NCBI GenBank assembly: GCA_035475915.1
Contig: DATIMA010000172.1
Span: 24,549 to 88,548, forward strand
DNA length: 64,000 nt
Source of the DNA: Bryobacteraceae bacterium
Lineage (GTDB): Bacteria > Acidobacteriota > Terriglobia > Bryobacterales > Bryobacteraceae
Direction of reading: 5' to 3'
In this document: positions 9,400-19,740 of the stretch, one piece after another
Layout: every line of letters begins with the position of its first letter
How positions within the stretch are numbered: the first letter of the stretch is position 1
Position numbers and translations under genes: made by a program
Notes under the pieces: model-generated
Database searches by the model: none
Seen by the model: only the letters and a program-made list of their open reading frames with translations
What the model was told of the DNA's origin: nothing

Positions 9400-12300
9400 C
9401 TATTTCTTCGCTCCAACCGGCTCTTCCGCTGTCAATTCGTTCAGCATTGCTTTCAGCTCATCGAGTACCTCGGCGGGGCCGCGGGACGCGCTCAACGGAA
9501 ATTTCAAAACGCCGGCGGGAGTGAACTGCGCATTTTCTGTACTGCGGACCAATGCCATCAGCCTTAACGGGTCGATGTTCGATTGCTGGTGAAATTTGAC
9601 GTTCGCGAATCCTTGGCGTCGGTCGACCGATTCAACTCCCGCGCGTTCCGCCATGCTCTTCAGCAGAGAAAATTTCACCAGGTTTTTGACCTCGTCCGGC
9701 ACCGGGCCATATCGATCGGCAAGCTCGGCAGTAAGCCTCTTGGCCTGATCTTCATCGCTGACATCGGCGATCCGCTTATAGGATCTAAGGCGCTGCGCTT
9801 CATCCGAGATATATGCCATCGGAATGCGTATGTCCAGCCCCAGATTGAGATTCGCATGAATCTCCAACGGCACTTCTTCTCCCTTGATCTCTCGTACGGT
9901 CTCGTCCAGCAGGCGGACATAGGTGTCGTAGCCGACCGCTTCGATATGCCCGTGCTGCTCTCCTCCCAGCAGGTTGCCGGCGCCGCGCAGTTCCAGATCG
10001 AGCGCCGCAATCTTGAATCCTGCGCCGAGATCGCTAAACTCCTTCAGCGCGGCCAGACGTTTTCTCGCCACTTCGCTTAACTGGGTGTCAGCGGGGACCA
10101 GAAGATATGCATACGCTCGCCGATTAGACCGGCCGACGCGCCCGCGCAACTGATACAGCTCGCTTAGGCCATAGCGTTCGGCATTCTCGATAATCATCGT
10201 GTTTGCAAGCGGGATATCGAGCCCGTTTTCAACAATCGTCGTGCACACGAATACGTCATATTCGTGACGCATGAACCCGAGCAGTACCTTTTCCAGTTCC
10301 GCTTCCCCCATCTGGCCGTGGCCCACGCCAATCCGGCACTGCGGAACCAGTTCTTGAATGGAAGCAGCGCGCATGAAAATGGTATCCACGCGATTGTGGA
10401 CGAAATATACTTGGCCTTGGCGGCCCAGCTCCTGCTCGATGGCTGCCTTGATCAGCTCCGGATTGAAATGCGCCACGACGGTGTTGATAGTTAACCGGTC
10501 CTTCGGAGCGGTTTCGATTACCGACATATCGCGCAGCCCCAGCAGCGACATGTGAAGCGTACGGGGGATGGGCGTCGCGCTCATCGTGAGCACGTCCACA
10601 TCGTGCCGGAGTTGCTTTAACCGCTCCTTGTGACGAACTCCAAAGCGCTGTTCCTCATCGACGACCAGCAGGCCCAGGTCATAAAACTGAACGTCCTTCG
10701 ATAGCAGCCGATGCGTTCCGATCAGCACATCGACTCTACCGGTTGCGAGGTCATCCAAAACCGCCTTGATCTCTTTCGAAGTGCGGAACCGGCTGACCAG
10801 CTCAACCCGAACCGGAAAAGACGCGAATCGCCGTTTGAACGTTTCATAATGCTGGAAGGAAAGGACGGTTGTGGGCGCTAGCACCGCCACCTGCTTCCCG
10901 TCGCCAAGCGCTTTGAAAGCTGCGCGCATGGCCACCTCGGTCTTGCCGAACCCGACATCCCCGCAAAGCAGGCGGTCCATCGGCTGCTCGCTTTCCATAT
11001 CGGCCTTGATCTGTGAAACGGCGTTCAACTGATCTTTCGTCGGCATGTATTCGAACGCGTCTTCAAACTCGCGCTGCCAGTTGCTATCGGCCGAAAATGA
11101 GAAGCCTTTGGACATTCGCCGCTGTGCATAGAGTTTCAGTAGCTCGTCGGCCATATCGCGCATTTTGGCTTTGACGCGCGATTTGGTCTTCTCCCAGGTG
11201 ACGCCCCCCAAGCGGTCCAGGTGAGGTTTCGCTTCGCCCGCGCCGCGGTACTTCTGGATCAGATCCAGCCGGGCGAGCGGAACGTATAGCTTGGATTCCC
11301 CGGCGTACTCAATCAGCATGAAGTCGCCCGTCTGATCCCCCTGAGCCAGTTCCCGAATGCCCAGAAAGCGACCGACTCCGTGCGTGGTGTGCACGACAAA
11401 GTCGCCGGGCTTTAAATCGGCGATATCGGCGGCAAACGCTGCAAGTGGCGATTTTGCGGGCTGACGCGCAATCAGATCGGAGGTCTCGAACAGATCCTCC
11501 GAGCCGATAATTGCGAACTGCGAATCCGGTAATACTGCCCCCCGGCGCACGCTGCCTTTTACCAGGTAAGCGCTCGAAACTGCTCCCGCGTGATAGGCGC
11601 GCTCAGCAAGCGACGGGCGGGTACCGGCTGCCGATTCCAAACCAAGCTGATAAGGAACGGCGTATTCCTGCAGGACGTCTGCCAGACGCTCCACTTCGCC
11701 AGTTGAGGCCGCAAAGAACACAACCCGATTGCCAGCCGCGATCAGGTTGCGCGCTTCGGCTACCGCCACAGGCATGTTGCCCTGAAATGCGAGCGAGGGC
11801 CGCGTAGGGATATGGAAGCGCGAGACCGCTCCGTTCGTTTCCGCGCCCGCAATGATATCGAGTTCCTGCAAGCTGACCTGAACGCTCGGAGCCAGTTCGT
11901 CCTTAAGCTCGCTCCAACGCTTGAAGTTTTTGCCTGGTTCAATGGGTGCCGGGCGGTCTGGATGCTCCAGTCTTTGCCACAGCCTGTCGGCTGCAGACTC
12001 CACCGCCGCGGGTTCATCAATCACAATCAGCGCTTCGCGATTCAAAGAGAACACGTCATGCGACCGTGCCCGCACCAGCGGAACCAGGAACTCCCAGCCG
12101 GGGAAGATTTCGCCTGGGTTGGACAATTCCAGATCCGCCTGCTCTGCTGCTTCGGCAAGCTGCCGGAGCAAAGGACGCGATCGCGGGTACTCGGCGAGCG
12201 GCAGCAGCGTCGTGGAAGAAATCTTCAGGACGGAGCGCTGCGATTCCACGTCGAACTGACGAATCGATTCGATCTCATCACCGAAAAACTCTACCCGAAC

Positions 12301-12912
12301 CGGGCGCGGGGATTCAGTCGGAAAAACATCGAAAATGCCGCCGCGCACGGAATATTCGCCCACCATTTCGACCGGTTCGCGCCGCTCATAACCGATGCTG
12401 TCAAGGTGCTGAGTCAAATCATCAAGCGGAATCTCCTCGCCGGTCCGCAAGGTGAGCGCGAGCTGGCGGTAGAATTCAGCGGACTCGGTGCGCAGAAGCG
12501 CCGACGCAATCGGAACAATGGTGATGGGTATTTTTCGCGCCGAGAGCCTCAAGAGCGCAGCCGCGCGCTTCTCGGCAATCTCATTATGAGGCGAGAGCCG
12601 CTGGTGCGGAAGAATGTCGAGAGCAGGCAGGAGTTGGGGCGCCGGCAGATCGCGGCCCTCGAAGAGCATGCCAAAGAAGGCCTCAGTCGATTCCTGCAGA
12701 CTCTCCGCCTGTTTGTTCCCGTCGACTACTACGAAGAGAGATTTCTCAGTGGCCTGATAAAGCAAAACCAGGTAAAGAGCCTTGGCCGTGTTAACCAGAC
12801 CTGAGATGGAGAACGGTCCGTGTTCCCCGCGGGTGAGGTGCTGCAGCACCATCTGGAAATCAGCTTGTCTCGTTGCCGATTGCAGCAGATCGCGAGTCGC
12901 CGGGTGAATCAC
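9400..12912 (-). CDS. mfd: Transcription-repair coupling factor
   Basis: 1170 aa. CarD/RNAP-interaction segment (GDFVVHTTHGVGRFLG), SF2 helicase motifs (GDVGFGKTEVA, VVDEEQRFG, MSATPIPRT) and a TRG/C-terminal domain. GTG start overlaps the upstream stop (GTGA). Confidence 0.95.
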   Translation of the reverse strand: MIHPATRDLLQSATRQADFQMVLQHLTRGEHGPFSISGLVNTAKALYLVLLYQATEKSLFVVVDGNKQAESLQESTEAFFGMLFEGRDLPAPQLLPALDILPHQRLSPHNEIAEKRAAALLRLSARKIPITIVPIASALLRTESAEFYRQLALTLRTGEEIPLDDLTQHLDSIGYERREPVEMVGEYSVRGGIFDVFPTESPRPVRVEFFGDEIESIRQFDVESQRSVLKISSTTLLPLAEYPRSRPLLRQLAEAAEQADLELSNPGEIFPGWEFLVPLVRARSHDVFSLNREALIVIDEPAAVESAADRLWQRLEHPDRPAPIEPGKNFKRWSELKDELAPSVQVSLQELDIIAGAETNGAVSRFHIPTRPSLAFQGNMPVAVAEARNLIAAGNRVVFFAASTGEVERLADVLQEYAVPYQLGLESAAGTRPSLAERAYHAGAVSSAYLVKGSVRRGAVLPDSQFAIIGSEDLFETSDLIARQPAKSPLAAFAADIADLKPGDFVVHTTHGVGRFLGIRELAQGDQTGDFMLIEYAGESKLYVPLARLDLIQKYRGAGEAKPHLDRLGGVTWEKTKSRVKAKMRDMADELLKLYAQRRMSKGFSFSADSNWQREFEDAFEYMPTKDQLNAVSQIKADMESEQPMDRLLCGDVGFGKTEVAMRAAFKALGDGKQVAVLAPTTVLSFQHYETFKRRFASFPVRVELVSRFRTSKEIKAVLDDLATGRVDVLIGTHRLLSKDVQFYDLGLLVVDEEQRFGVRHKERLKQLRHDVDVLTMSATPIPRTLHMSLLGLRDMSVIETAPKDRLTINTVVAHFNPELIKAAIEQELGRQGQVYFVHNRVDTIFMRAASIQELVPQCRIGVGHGQMGEAELEKVLLGFMRHEYDVFVCTTIVENGLDIPLANTMIIENAERYGLSELYQLRGRVGRSNRRAYAYLLVPADTQLSEVARKRLAALKEFSDLGAGFKIAALDLELRGAGNLLGGEQHGHIEAVGYDTYVRLLDETVREIKGEEVPLEIHANLNLGLDIRIPMAYISDEAQRLRSYKRIADVSDEDQAKRLTAELADRYGPVPDEVKNLVKFSLLKSMAERAGVESVDRRQGFANVKFHQQSNIDPLRLMALVRSTENAQFTPAGVLKFPLSASRGPAEVLDELKAMLNELTAEEPVGAKK

Positions 12913-13418
12913 TGGGGCTGAACCGCTGTCCTGGGGATCGATTCGGCGTTATGTTGCGCGATAATTCTATCCGCGATGCCCGTAGTCGAGTATCCCGGTT
13001 CTAGCGGAAGCGCGTACACCTGTCCGCCAGCAGCCTCAACCTCTTCACGGCCCGCGATGAAATGGACCCAATCCGCGCCCTTCACCAGAACGTCCGGCTG
13101 CAGTACGGCAACGAGTTCCCGCGGTGTGTCTTCGCCGAAGAGAGTTACCACGTCCACCGCCTCCAGATGAAGCGCTAGTTCGGCTCGAGTGTGCTCATCA
13201 AAAAAGGGCCGGGTGGGCCCCTTCAATCGCTGGACGCTTTCATCGGTATTGAGCGCCAGAATAAGAACATCCCCGAGCGAACGCGCGCGCTCCAGCAGCC
13301 GGATGTGCCCAGGATGCAAAATGTCGTAACAGCCGTTGGTAAACACGACTTTTTTTCCTTCGGCTTTCCACAACCGGCGCGATACGATCAATTCTTCGCG
13401 CGTATACAGGCGAGACAT
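12909..13418 (-). CDS. D-glycero-beta-D-manno-heptose 1-phosphate adenylyltransferase (RfaE domain II-like cytidylyltransferase)
   Basis: VVFTNGCYDILHPGHIRLLERARSLGDVLILALNTDESV is the classic HxGH nucleotidyltransferase signature of RfaE-II/HldC. Confidence 0.8.
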   Translation of the reverse strand: MSRLYTREELIVSRRLWKAEGKKVVFTNGCYDILHPGHIRLLERARSLGDVLILALNTDESVQRLKGPTRPFFDEHTRAELALHLEAVDVVTLFGEDTPRELVAVLQPDVLVKGADWVHFIAGREEVEAAGGQVYALPLEPGYSTTGIADRIIAQHNAESIPRTAVQPQ

Positions 13419-13466
13419 TTCCCGCTCTCATTTTACGATTGAGGCGAACGGCGTCCGATAGGCGTT

Positions 13467-14162
13467 TTATTCCAGACCGGTTTCTTCCGCGTGAACCAGC
13501 CTCAGGAGTTCTTGCGGCTCGCCTATAATCGCGTCCGGAGGCTCCAAACGGAAGCTCTCCGGCTGGAATCCCCACAAGACACCGCAACTGCGCACCCCTG
13601 CGTTGCGCGCCGTCTGCACGTCCACAGCACTATCGCCCACCATTAGCGTCTGGTCTGGCTCTTTGCCGGCATCCGACATAAGCTGGAAGATACCAACCGG
13701 ATTCGGCTTCTTATGCGCGAATGTATCGCCGCCATACACACCGGCAAAGCGTTCGTGCAACCCGAGGGCCCGCACAATATCGAAGCTGATTCGTTCTGGT
13801 TTGTTCGTCAGGACAGCCAGTGTGTGCCCGTTCCCTGACAATTCCTCAACAGTCTCGCGCACGCCTGAATACAGGCGGGTGTGCTCCAGAGCATGTGCGC
13901 GGTAAAAGCTCAGGAAAAATGCCAGAGCCTCGTCGAGTTGCTCCTCAGGTGTATCCGCTGGCATCGACCGCCGCATCAGCATCGCAGCGCCATTCCCAAC
14001 ATATGAATAGATCAGCTTCGGATCAAGCGGCATCAGCCCGAAGTGCTGTCGGGTGGCATTCATCGAAATCGCCAGGTCCACACTCGAATCGATGAGCGTC
14101 CCATCCAGGTCGAAAATAATCAGCAACGATCTGCCACCGTGCTTATCAGACGGTGCGCGCAT
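13467..14162 (-). CDS. HAD-superfamily hydrolase, phosphoglycolate-phosphatase-like
   Basis: HAD motif I IIFDLDGTLIDS, motif II LAVLTNK, motif IV VGDSAVDVQTARNAG. Confidence 0.8.
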   Translation of the reverse strand: MRAPSDKHGGRSLLIIFDLDGTLIDSSVDLAISMNATRQHFGLMPLDPKLIYSYVGNGAAMLMRRSMPADTPEEQLDEALAFFLSFYRAHALEHTRLYSGVRETVEELSGNGHTLAVLTNKPERISFDIVRALGLHERFAGVYGGDTFAHKKPNPVGIFQLMSDAGKEPDQTLMVGDSAVDVQTARNAGVRSCGVLWGFQPESFRLEPPDAIIGEPQELLRLVHAEETGLE

Positions 14163-14709
14163 GCCCGTTTTGCGGAGTTGCCCACAGATGCTTCAAATTA
14201 TCCATCTGTTCGTTGAAGGAATCCTTCAGGTCCCGCGGCGCAAGTTGTGCAAGTCCGATGGCCAGTTCGCTGGCGTACGGCAGCACGCGCGAGGTCCCCA
14301 GAAAAGCCGGAAGCGGAGAGGGTGCGAACGCCACCACAACGTCGGCGAGTACAGCGATGATCAGCACACCGCGTACGAAACCCGCTACACCGCCCAGCAG
14401 ATGATCGAACCAGGAAAGACCCATCCACCGGAACAATTTCGCCAACAGGGCTGCAAGCAATGCCCCGATAATCAGCACGCCAACAAAAACAATCAAGAAC
14501 CCCATAATATTTGCCGCCCGCACGCCAATGCTCGTCCAGTCCATCAAATGGGCAGCCACAATGCGATAGCACCAGAAGCCGGCGAGAAATCCAGCCACCG
14601 TGGCGACCAACCCGATCACAACGCGCGCAAAGCCGGTTCGCAAACCGGCTGCTGCGGAAATCACGATCAGCAAAACCAGCGCAACATCAAACCAGTTCAC
14701 GGTCAACAT
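14146..14709 (-). CDS. cvpA: CvpA-family membrane protein
   Basis: Four hydrophobic helices and an N-terminus MLTVNWFDVALVLLIVISAAAGLRTGF typical of CvpA. The internal Met at 14709 was preferred over the 14745 extension. Confidence 0.7.
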   Translation of the reverse strand: MLTVNWFDVALVLLIVISAAAGLRTGFARVVIGLVATVAGFLAGFWCYRIVAAHLMDWTSIGVRAANIMGFLIVFVGVLIIGALLAALLAKLFRWMGLSWFDHLLGGVAGFVRGVLIIAVLADVVVAFAPSPLPAFLGTSRVLPYASELAIGLAQLAPRDLKDSFNEQMDNLKHLWATPQNGHARTV

Positions 14710-14725
14710 AGATCCGCTGTTTACT

Positions 14726-15637
14726 TCAGGCCTTGCTCTGGACAAGTTCGCGTCCAGTTAGCCGCGTAAACGCCTCCTCATACTTTTCGCTGGTCTTTTT
14801 CACTATTTCATCCGGTAACGTAGGCGCGGGTGGACGTTTATTCCAATTCAAGGTCTCCAGGTAGTCGCGAACATACTGCTTGTCGAATGAATACTGCGGT
14901 CCGCCGGGGCTGTACGTATCTGCAGGCCAGTAACGGGACGAGTCTGGCGTCAAGACTTCATCGGCCAGCACCAGCTGTTCATTTACAAACCCAAATTCAA
15001 ACTTGGTATCGGCGACAATGATACCGCGCTGTAGGGCATATTTCGCCGCACGGCCGTATAACTCAAGAGTCAAGTCTCTGAGTTGCCCCGCCAGATCCAC
15101 GCCCAACTGCTTCGCCACGTACCGGAAGGGTACATTCATGTCGTGCCCGCTCTGGGCTTTCGTCGCAGGAGTAAAAATAGGCTCCGGTAGGCGATCCCCA
15201 TCCCGCATACGCGGCGGAAGCGGAATTCCGCATACCGATCCTTTCTCCTGATACTCCTTCCAACCTGATCCCGCCAGATATCCCCGCGCTACACACTCAA
15301 CCTGAATCATCTGGGCTTTCTTCACCAGCATCGATCGGCCTTCCAGTCGTTTTCGGTAGCGGGAAAGTTTTCTCGGATATTTGGTTACATCGGCCGTCAG
15401 CAGGTGTGTTGGGAGCACCTCGCGCAAATAGTCAAACCAAAATAGCGACATCTGTGTGAGGATGCGCCCTTTGCAGGGGATGCCGCTGCCCAGGATGCAA
15501 TCAAACGCGGAGATTCTGTCAGAGGCGATGAAAAGCAAGGAGTCCCCCAGGTCATATATATCCCTCACTTTGCCTCGTCCGAGCAGCGGCAACGGCAGCT
15601 TGGTTTCGAGCAACACTTCGTCGCGGCACATAGACAT
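14726..15637 (-). CDS. purC: Phosphoribosylaminoimidazole-succinocarboxamide synthase
   Basis: GKVRDIYDLGDSLLFIASDRISAFD and ADTKFEFG motifs of SAICAR synthetase. Confidence 0.9.
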   Translation of the reverse strand: MSMCRDEVLLETKLPLPLLGRGKVRDIYDLGDSLLFIASDRISAFDCILGSGIPCKGRILTQMSLFWFDYLREVLPTHLLTADVTKYPRKLSRYRKRLEGRSMLVKKAQMIQVECVARGYLAGSGWKEYQEKGSVCGIPLPPRMRDGDRLPEPIFTPATKAQSGHDMNVPFRYVAKQLGVDLAGQLRDLTLELYGRAAKYALQRGIIVADTKFEFGFVNEQLVLADEVLTPDSSRYWPADTYSPGGPQYSFDKQYVRDYLETLNWNKRPPAPTLPDEIVKKTSEKYEEAFTRLTGRELVQSKA

Positions 15638-15793
15638 CTTTGAGTATCCCAGAGGCTCGGGCCCGAACTTCTACTGAGGAAAAAAGTCAATCTGAGGAAT
15701 AATTTTCGGTCGCAAGTAACTCGAAGCCATAGAAAACAGAGATGCCCGGCTCGTGGCGCGTCGATTGCTTCCTGAACGGAAGAAGGAGTATGA

Positions 15794-16036
15794 ATGAATT
15801 CAGATCAATTTGAAGGAAAATGGAAACAACTGAAAGGCTCGGTGAAGCTGCGCTGGGCTAAGCTTACCGACGATGACCTAACCGCGTTGGGCGGGAAAAA
15901 AGATCAGCTTGTAGGTAAGATCCAGGAGCGCTATGGCATCACTCGCGAGCAGGCGGAGAAAGAAGCCGACGAGTGGGCCAGTACTTCCACGAGCGATCTG
16001 CACGCCCAAGCTACGCATGCAGGTCACAAACCGTAG
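15794..16036 (+). CDS. CsbD-family stress protein
   Basis: 80 aa. QFEGKWKQLKGSVKLRWAKLTDDDL..GKKDQLVGKIQERYGITREQAEKEADEW is the CsbD signature. GAAGGAG lies upstream. Confidence 0.85.
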   Translation: MNSDQFEGKWKQLKGSVKLRWAKLTDDDLTALGGKKDQLVGKIQERYGITREQAEKEADEWASTSTSDLHAQATHAGHKP

Positions 16037-16070
16037 CTAACACAAGTTTTGGGGCGGGGCGCCATTGTTC

Positions 16071-17075
16071 TCACTTTGGCCACCGCCCTTTTTGTATCTG
16101 TTCATTCTTACGGGGCTGCGTTCCAGACCAGTACCCCGGTCGCGTGCGCACCGCGAGTTCCGGCCTGTTCTTAATCTTCACTTCGACAGCGTGAAAACTT
16201 GCTCGCGCGTCCGCTTTCGGAGTGAACGAAATAATATAGCGGCTATGGATTTCGCTTCCCAGCCGGATCAGGTCATTCTCTAGTTTGGATTTTGTTTCGA
16301 ATTTCAGAATCCGGCCTCCTGTCGCTGTGGTTAGAATCTCTGCTGCGCTTTTCCTGCCCAGTCGCGCGGTTTCGGTGATCGCGGATAAAAGCCCGCCGCT
16401 GTCCGGCGGTTCGTACTCGCTCCCTCGCGTTGTAAACGCGGTCAGGTATGCCGAATAGCTGAGGAGGTATACGGTCGCTCTCGATTCCTGAATTCTTGAA
16501 AGCAAATCATTGAGCTTGCCGCTACTTCCACGATCCTTACTCTCGCCGATGATCACAATCGCGGACCTTGCTGCCTTTGGGCGCTCCGCAAGCATGTCCA
16601 GCGCTTTTCCAGCCGCGTCAATCATCCGGCCTTTTCCGCTGTCCGCCACCTTCAAATCATGAAAGGTGTCTGAAATCGAATCCGCATTGTTCGTGAAATC
16701 CTGTACGATCTTCACTTCATCGGAGAACGTAACGATAGCCGCCTCGCCGTTCGCGCCGGCAACTGCTTCCGGAATCATCGACCCGACCTTCTTGATTTTC
16801 AGCAAAGCGGATCGCGAGAGATCGCTGGTTTGAATCAGCACAACCAATGCGAGCGGAGCAACTGCTGCGTCCGGATCGTCAACGCGAACCGGCCGCGGCT
16901 CTCCATTGTCGAGCACCAGGAAATCGGAAGCCCGGAGTCCGTAAACGAAATGCCCGTTGGTGTCCGTAACGCTGGCTGGAAGCACTACCAGAGGAACCGT
17001 GGTCCTGATTGTCGTCTGCTGCCCAAAGCACAACAACGCGAATGGCGTCGCAAGCAGAGCTGGAAACAACCTCAC
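16071..17075 (-). CDS. VWA-domain protein (acidobacterial VWFA-related type)
   Basis: Signal peptide, then N-terminal VPLVVLPASVTD.NGHFV.GL...DF.VLDNG and a VWA-like core (IVIIGESKDRGS). Family recognition is from memory. Confidence 0.6.
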   Translation of the reverse strand: MRLFPALLATPFALLCFGQQTTIRTTVPLVVLPASVTDTNGHFVYGLRASDFLVLDNGEPRPVRVDDPDAAVAPLALVVLIQTSDLSRSALLKIKKVGSMIPEAVAGANGEAAIVTFSDEVKIVQDFTNNADSISDTFHDLKVADSGKGRMIDAAGKALDMLAERPKAARSAIVIIGESKDRGSSGKLNDLLSRIQESRATVYLLSYSAYLTAFTTRGSEYEPPDSGGLLSAITETARLGRKSAAEILTTATGGRILKFETKSKLENDLIRLGSEIHSRYIISFTPKADARASFHAVEVKIKNRPELAVRTRPGYWSGTQPRKNEQIQKGRWPK

Positions 17076-17156
17076 AGCGTCACCGACGGATAGTAAGGAT
17101 TCTTAGTTTCCGGATATGGCGTGATTTCCAAGCCCGAATGCCGGATACTAATGTGA

Positions 17157-18041
17157 GTGGCTGTTCCGTACGGTTTTGCCATTTGTAATGAACTCTTTCA
17201 AAAACTGCCCTTTGCCGAAACTTGCGAGACTGTTCGTGCACTCGGCTATGCCGGCCTGGAGGTCGCGCCCTTCACACTGGGGCCCAATGCCGCCGCGCTT
17301 ACACATCAAGAGCGCCGGGACCTGCACTGTGCCATCCGAGATGCCGGCATCAGCTTTGTGGGTCTCCACTGGTTGCTGGCAGGGCCGCCTGGTCTCCACG
17401 CAACGACCTCGGACGATGCCGTTCGCCGCCGGACGTGGGATTATCTACACGCGCTGATCGACTTATGCTCGGATTTGGCGGATCAAAGTACCGAAAAAGA
17501 TATGGTCGCCGATAGGGAGGTTGTGATGGTGTTCGGCTCGCCCAAGCAGCGATCCGCGATTGGCGGCGCCTCTGCCTACGACGCCGGCCAGATTCTCACA
17601 GAAGAACTGGCTGCCGCCGCGCCGCACGCCGAAAGCCAAGGTGTTAAGATTCTGCTCGAACCGCTTTCGCCGGACCAGACTAATGTCGTGACTACTCTCG
17701 CTGAAGCCGCCGCAATTGTGAAAGAAATTCGCAGCCCATCGATCCAGACCATGTTCGATGTTCACAATGCTGCCCGCGAGACTCAGACGCATAGCCGCCT
17801 GCTTCGCGATTTCGCCCCACTCATCCATCATGTTCACGTCAATGAACGCGACGGCCGCGAACCGGGTACGGGAACCTATAACTTTGGCGAACTGCTTTCG
17901 ACCCTTGCTGATCTGAAGTATTCCGGCTGGGTCTCGCTCGAAGTTTTCGATTTTAGCCGGGGTCCGATTGAGATCGCCCGGGATGCGCTGCATTATCTAT
18001 CTGCAGCTTTGCCCTCTTCAGCGCTTCCTCAAAGTATATGA
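17157..18041 (+). CDS. Sugar phosphate isomerase/epimerase (TIM barrel)
   Basis: LGYAGLEVAPF.., ..LLEPL.., HHVHVNERDG..PGTG pattern. Confidence 0.7.
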   Translation: MAVPYGFAICNELFQKLPFAETCETVRALGYAGLEVAPFTLGPNAAALTHQERRDLHCAIRDAGISFVGLHWLLAGPPGLHATTSDDAVRRRTWDYLHALIDLCSDLADQSTEKDMVADREVVMVFGSPKQRSAIGGASAYDAGQILTEELAAAAPHAESQGVKILLEPLSPDQTNVVTTLAEAAAIVKEIRSPSIQTMFDVHNAARETQTHSRLLRDFAPLIHHVHVNERDGREPGTGTYNFGELLSTLADLKYSGWVSLEVFDFSRGPIEIARDALHYLSAALPSSALPQSI

Positions 18042-19018
18042 ACCGCTATATCGTTACCGGCGGCGCCGGATTCATCGGCTCGGCGCTTGTCCGCGCGTTG
18101 GTCGCACAAGGCCGCCATGTCCATGTCATCGACAACCTTTCGACCGGCAGTCTGAATAACCTCGAGGAAATTGCCGATCAAATTACGGTCCACGAGTATG
18201 ATATTCGCGATTATGGCCGCATCGTTCCCGTTATTGCTGGCGCTCACCGCGTCTTTCATCTCGCTGCCCTGCCGTCGGTCCCGAAGTCCATTCTGAATCC
18301 CGTACCGAGTCATGAGAGCAATATTGACGGCACATTCAATGTCTTCCTCGCCGCATCGGAAGGGAAAGTTGGGCGCGTGGTGTATGCGGCCTCTTCTTCA
18401 GCCTATGGCGATACCGAAGTTCTGCCCAAAGTGGAGAGTATGGCCCCCCGCCCGAAATCGCCCTACGCGGTGCAGAAGCTTCTGGGCGAATACTATGCCA
18501 GCGTCTTTGCGGAGTGCTTTGGTTTGGAGACGGTCTCGCTGCGCTTCTTTAATGTATTCGGGCCTCGGCAGGATCCCACCAGTGTTTACTCCGGCGTGCT
18601 TTCCATTTTTCTTACCTGCCTCATCGAACGGCGCAGCCCGACTATCAACGGCGACGGCGAGCAATCGCGTGACTTCACCTATGTCGAAGACGTAGTAGCC
18701 CTTCTGCTGAAGGCATCCGAAGCGTCTGGTGTTTCCGGCAAGGTCTTCAATGCGGGCAACGGCAATCGCTATACCCTGAATGAAACGTGGCGTCTGCTCC
18801 AGAAGATCGAATGCCTCGACCTGCCTGCACAGTACGGGCCGCCGCGGTCCGGCGATGTGCGCGACTCGCAAGCGGATATTACGGCTGCCGTACGGGCGCT
18901 CGGCCATGCCCCGCGGTTCACGTTCGAGCAAGGCTTGCGCCTTACTCTCGATTGGTATCGGACCGACCTCGCCCGTAAGCAATCGAGTGTGCGATCGGGC
19001 GCTACACTGGTCTCGTGA
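18038..19018 (+). CDS. NAD-dependent epimerase/dehydratase (extended SDR, UDP-sugar 4-epimerase-like)
   Basis: TGGAGFIGSALV Rossmann motif and YAVQK catalytic YxxxK. ATGA overlap with the upstream gene. Confidence 0.8.
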   Translation: MNRYIVTGGAGFIGSALVRALVAQGRHVHVIDNLSTGSLNNLEEIADQITVHEYDIRDYGRIVPVIAGAHRVFHLAALPSVPKSILNPVPSHESNIDGTFNVFLAASEGKVGRVVYAASSSAYGDTEVLPKVESMAPRPKSPYAVQKLLGEYYASVFAECFGLETVSLRFFNVFGPRQDPTSVYSGVLSIFLTCLIERRSPTINGDGEQSRDFTYVEDVVALLLKASEASGVSGKVFNAGNGNRYTLNETWRLLQKIECLDLPAQYGPPRSGDVRDSQADITAAVRALGHAPRFTFEQGLRLTLDWYRTDLARKQSSVRSGATLVS

Positions 19019-19725
19019 TCCGCTCAGAGCCGGCTGATTCCCCCAAAACCGGAACGGCAGGTGATTCCTTCCGGCTCGGACCCGACGGCATCTACCGTTG
19101 CGATGCATTCCAGGAGTTCTTTTGGCAGAAGCATGGATTCGGCACCAGACTGGCCAGTCCCGAGGCACAGATTACCCTTCGCCAGATTCACTCCGATCAG
19201 GTGGTCAACGCCAATTCCTTAAGAGATCGAGACAGGGATGGCGATGCTCTCATTACCGATTGCGTCGGCAAGAGCATCGGCGTCCGTACTGCCGATTGCG
19301 TCCCTATTCTGCTGCTCGATTGTAGGACGCGCGCAATTGCCGCCGTTCATGCCGGGTGGCGCGGCACTCTCTCGCGAATCGTTGAGCGTACGATCGCGAA
19401 ACTCCATGACGATTTTGATACCGCGCCCGCGGATCTGTATGCGGCCCTGGGACCGTGTATCCGGGCCTGCTGTTACGCCGTGGATCTGGAGGTGGCCGAT
19501 CGGTTTTCATCGCTTTTTCCCGAATGGGAGCCGGTCGCGGGAAATAAGCGCGCGCTTGACCTCCCGGAAGCGAATCGCCGTCAAATGCAGGCCGCTGGTA
19601 TGAACCCGCAGCGCATTTTTGACTGCGGGCTCTGTACTACCTGTCAAAGCGCCAGTTTTCACTCCTTCCGGCGCGAACCCGAAAATCCAGGCCGGATGGT
19701 TTCTGCCATCGAACGTCTGGCCTAA
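19015..19725 (+). CDS. pgeF: Peptidoglycan editing factor PgeF (YfiH / laccase-domain protein)
   Basis: LRQIHSDQV.., DALITD.., TADCVPILL.., AAVHAGWRGT.., GPCI..CCY.V motifs of the YfiH family. Confidence 0.8.
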   Translation: MIRSEPADSPKTGTAGDSFRLGPDGIYRCDAFQEFFWQKHGFGTRLASPEAQITLRQIHSDQVVNANSLRDRDRDGDALITDCVGKSIGVRTADCVPILLLDCRTRAIAAVHAGWRGTLSRIVERTIAKLHDDFDTAPADLYAALGPCIRACCYAVDLEVADRFSSLFPEWEPVAGNKRALDLPEANRRQMQAAGMNPQRIFDCGLCTTCQSASFHSFRREPENPGRMVSAIERLA

Positions 19726-19740
19726 TGCCCCGGTTCTGGC

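Noticed and set aside
11812-12804. A 330-aa ORF antisense to mfd. Similar long antisense ORFs are 9583..10080, 14053..14769, 41012..41836, 44574..45416, 59270..60187 and 34537..35205.
   Set aside because: Each fully overlaps a gene with strong family motifs on the other strand. Their translations are low-complexity and Arg-rich with no motifs, as expected for shadow ORFs in GC-rich DNA.
15745-15793. The stem cttcc/ggaag just upstream of csbD, considered as a translational control hairpin.
   Set aside because: It is a 5-bp stem that only touches the edge of the GAAGGAG ribosome-binding site. It cannot be distinguished from chance.
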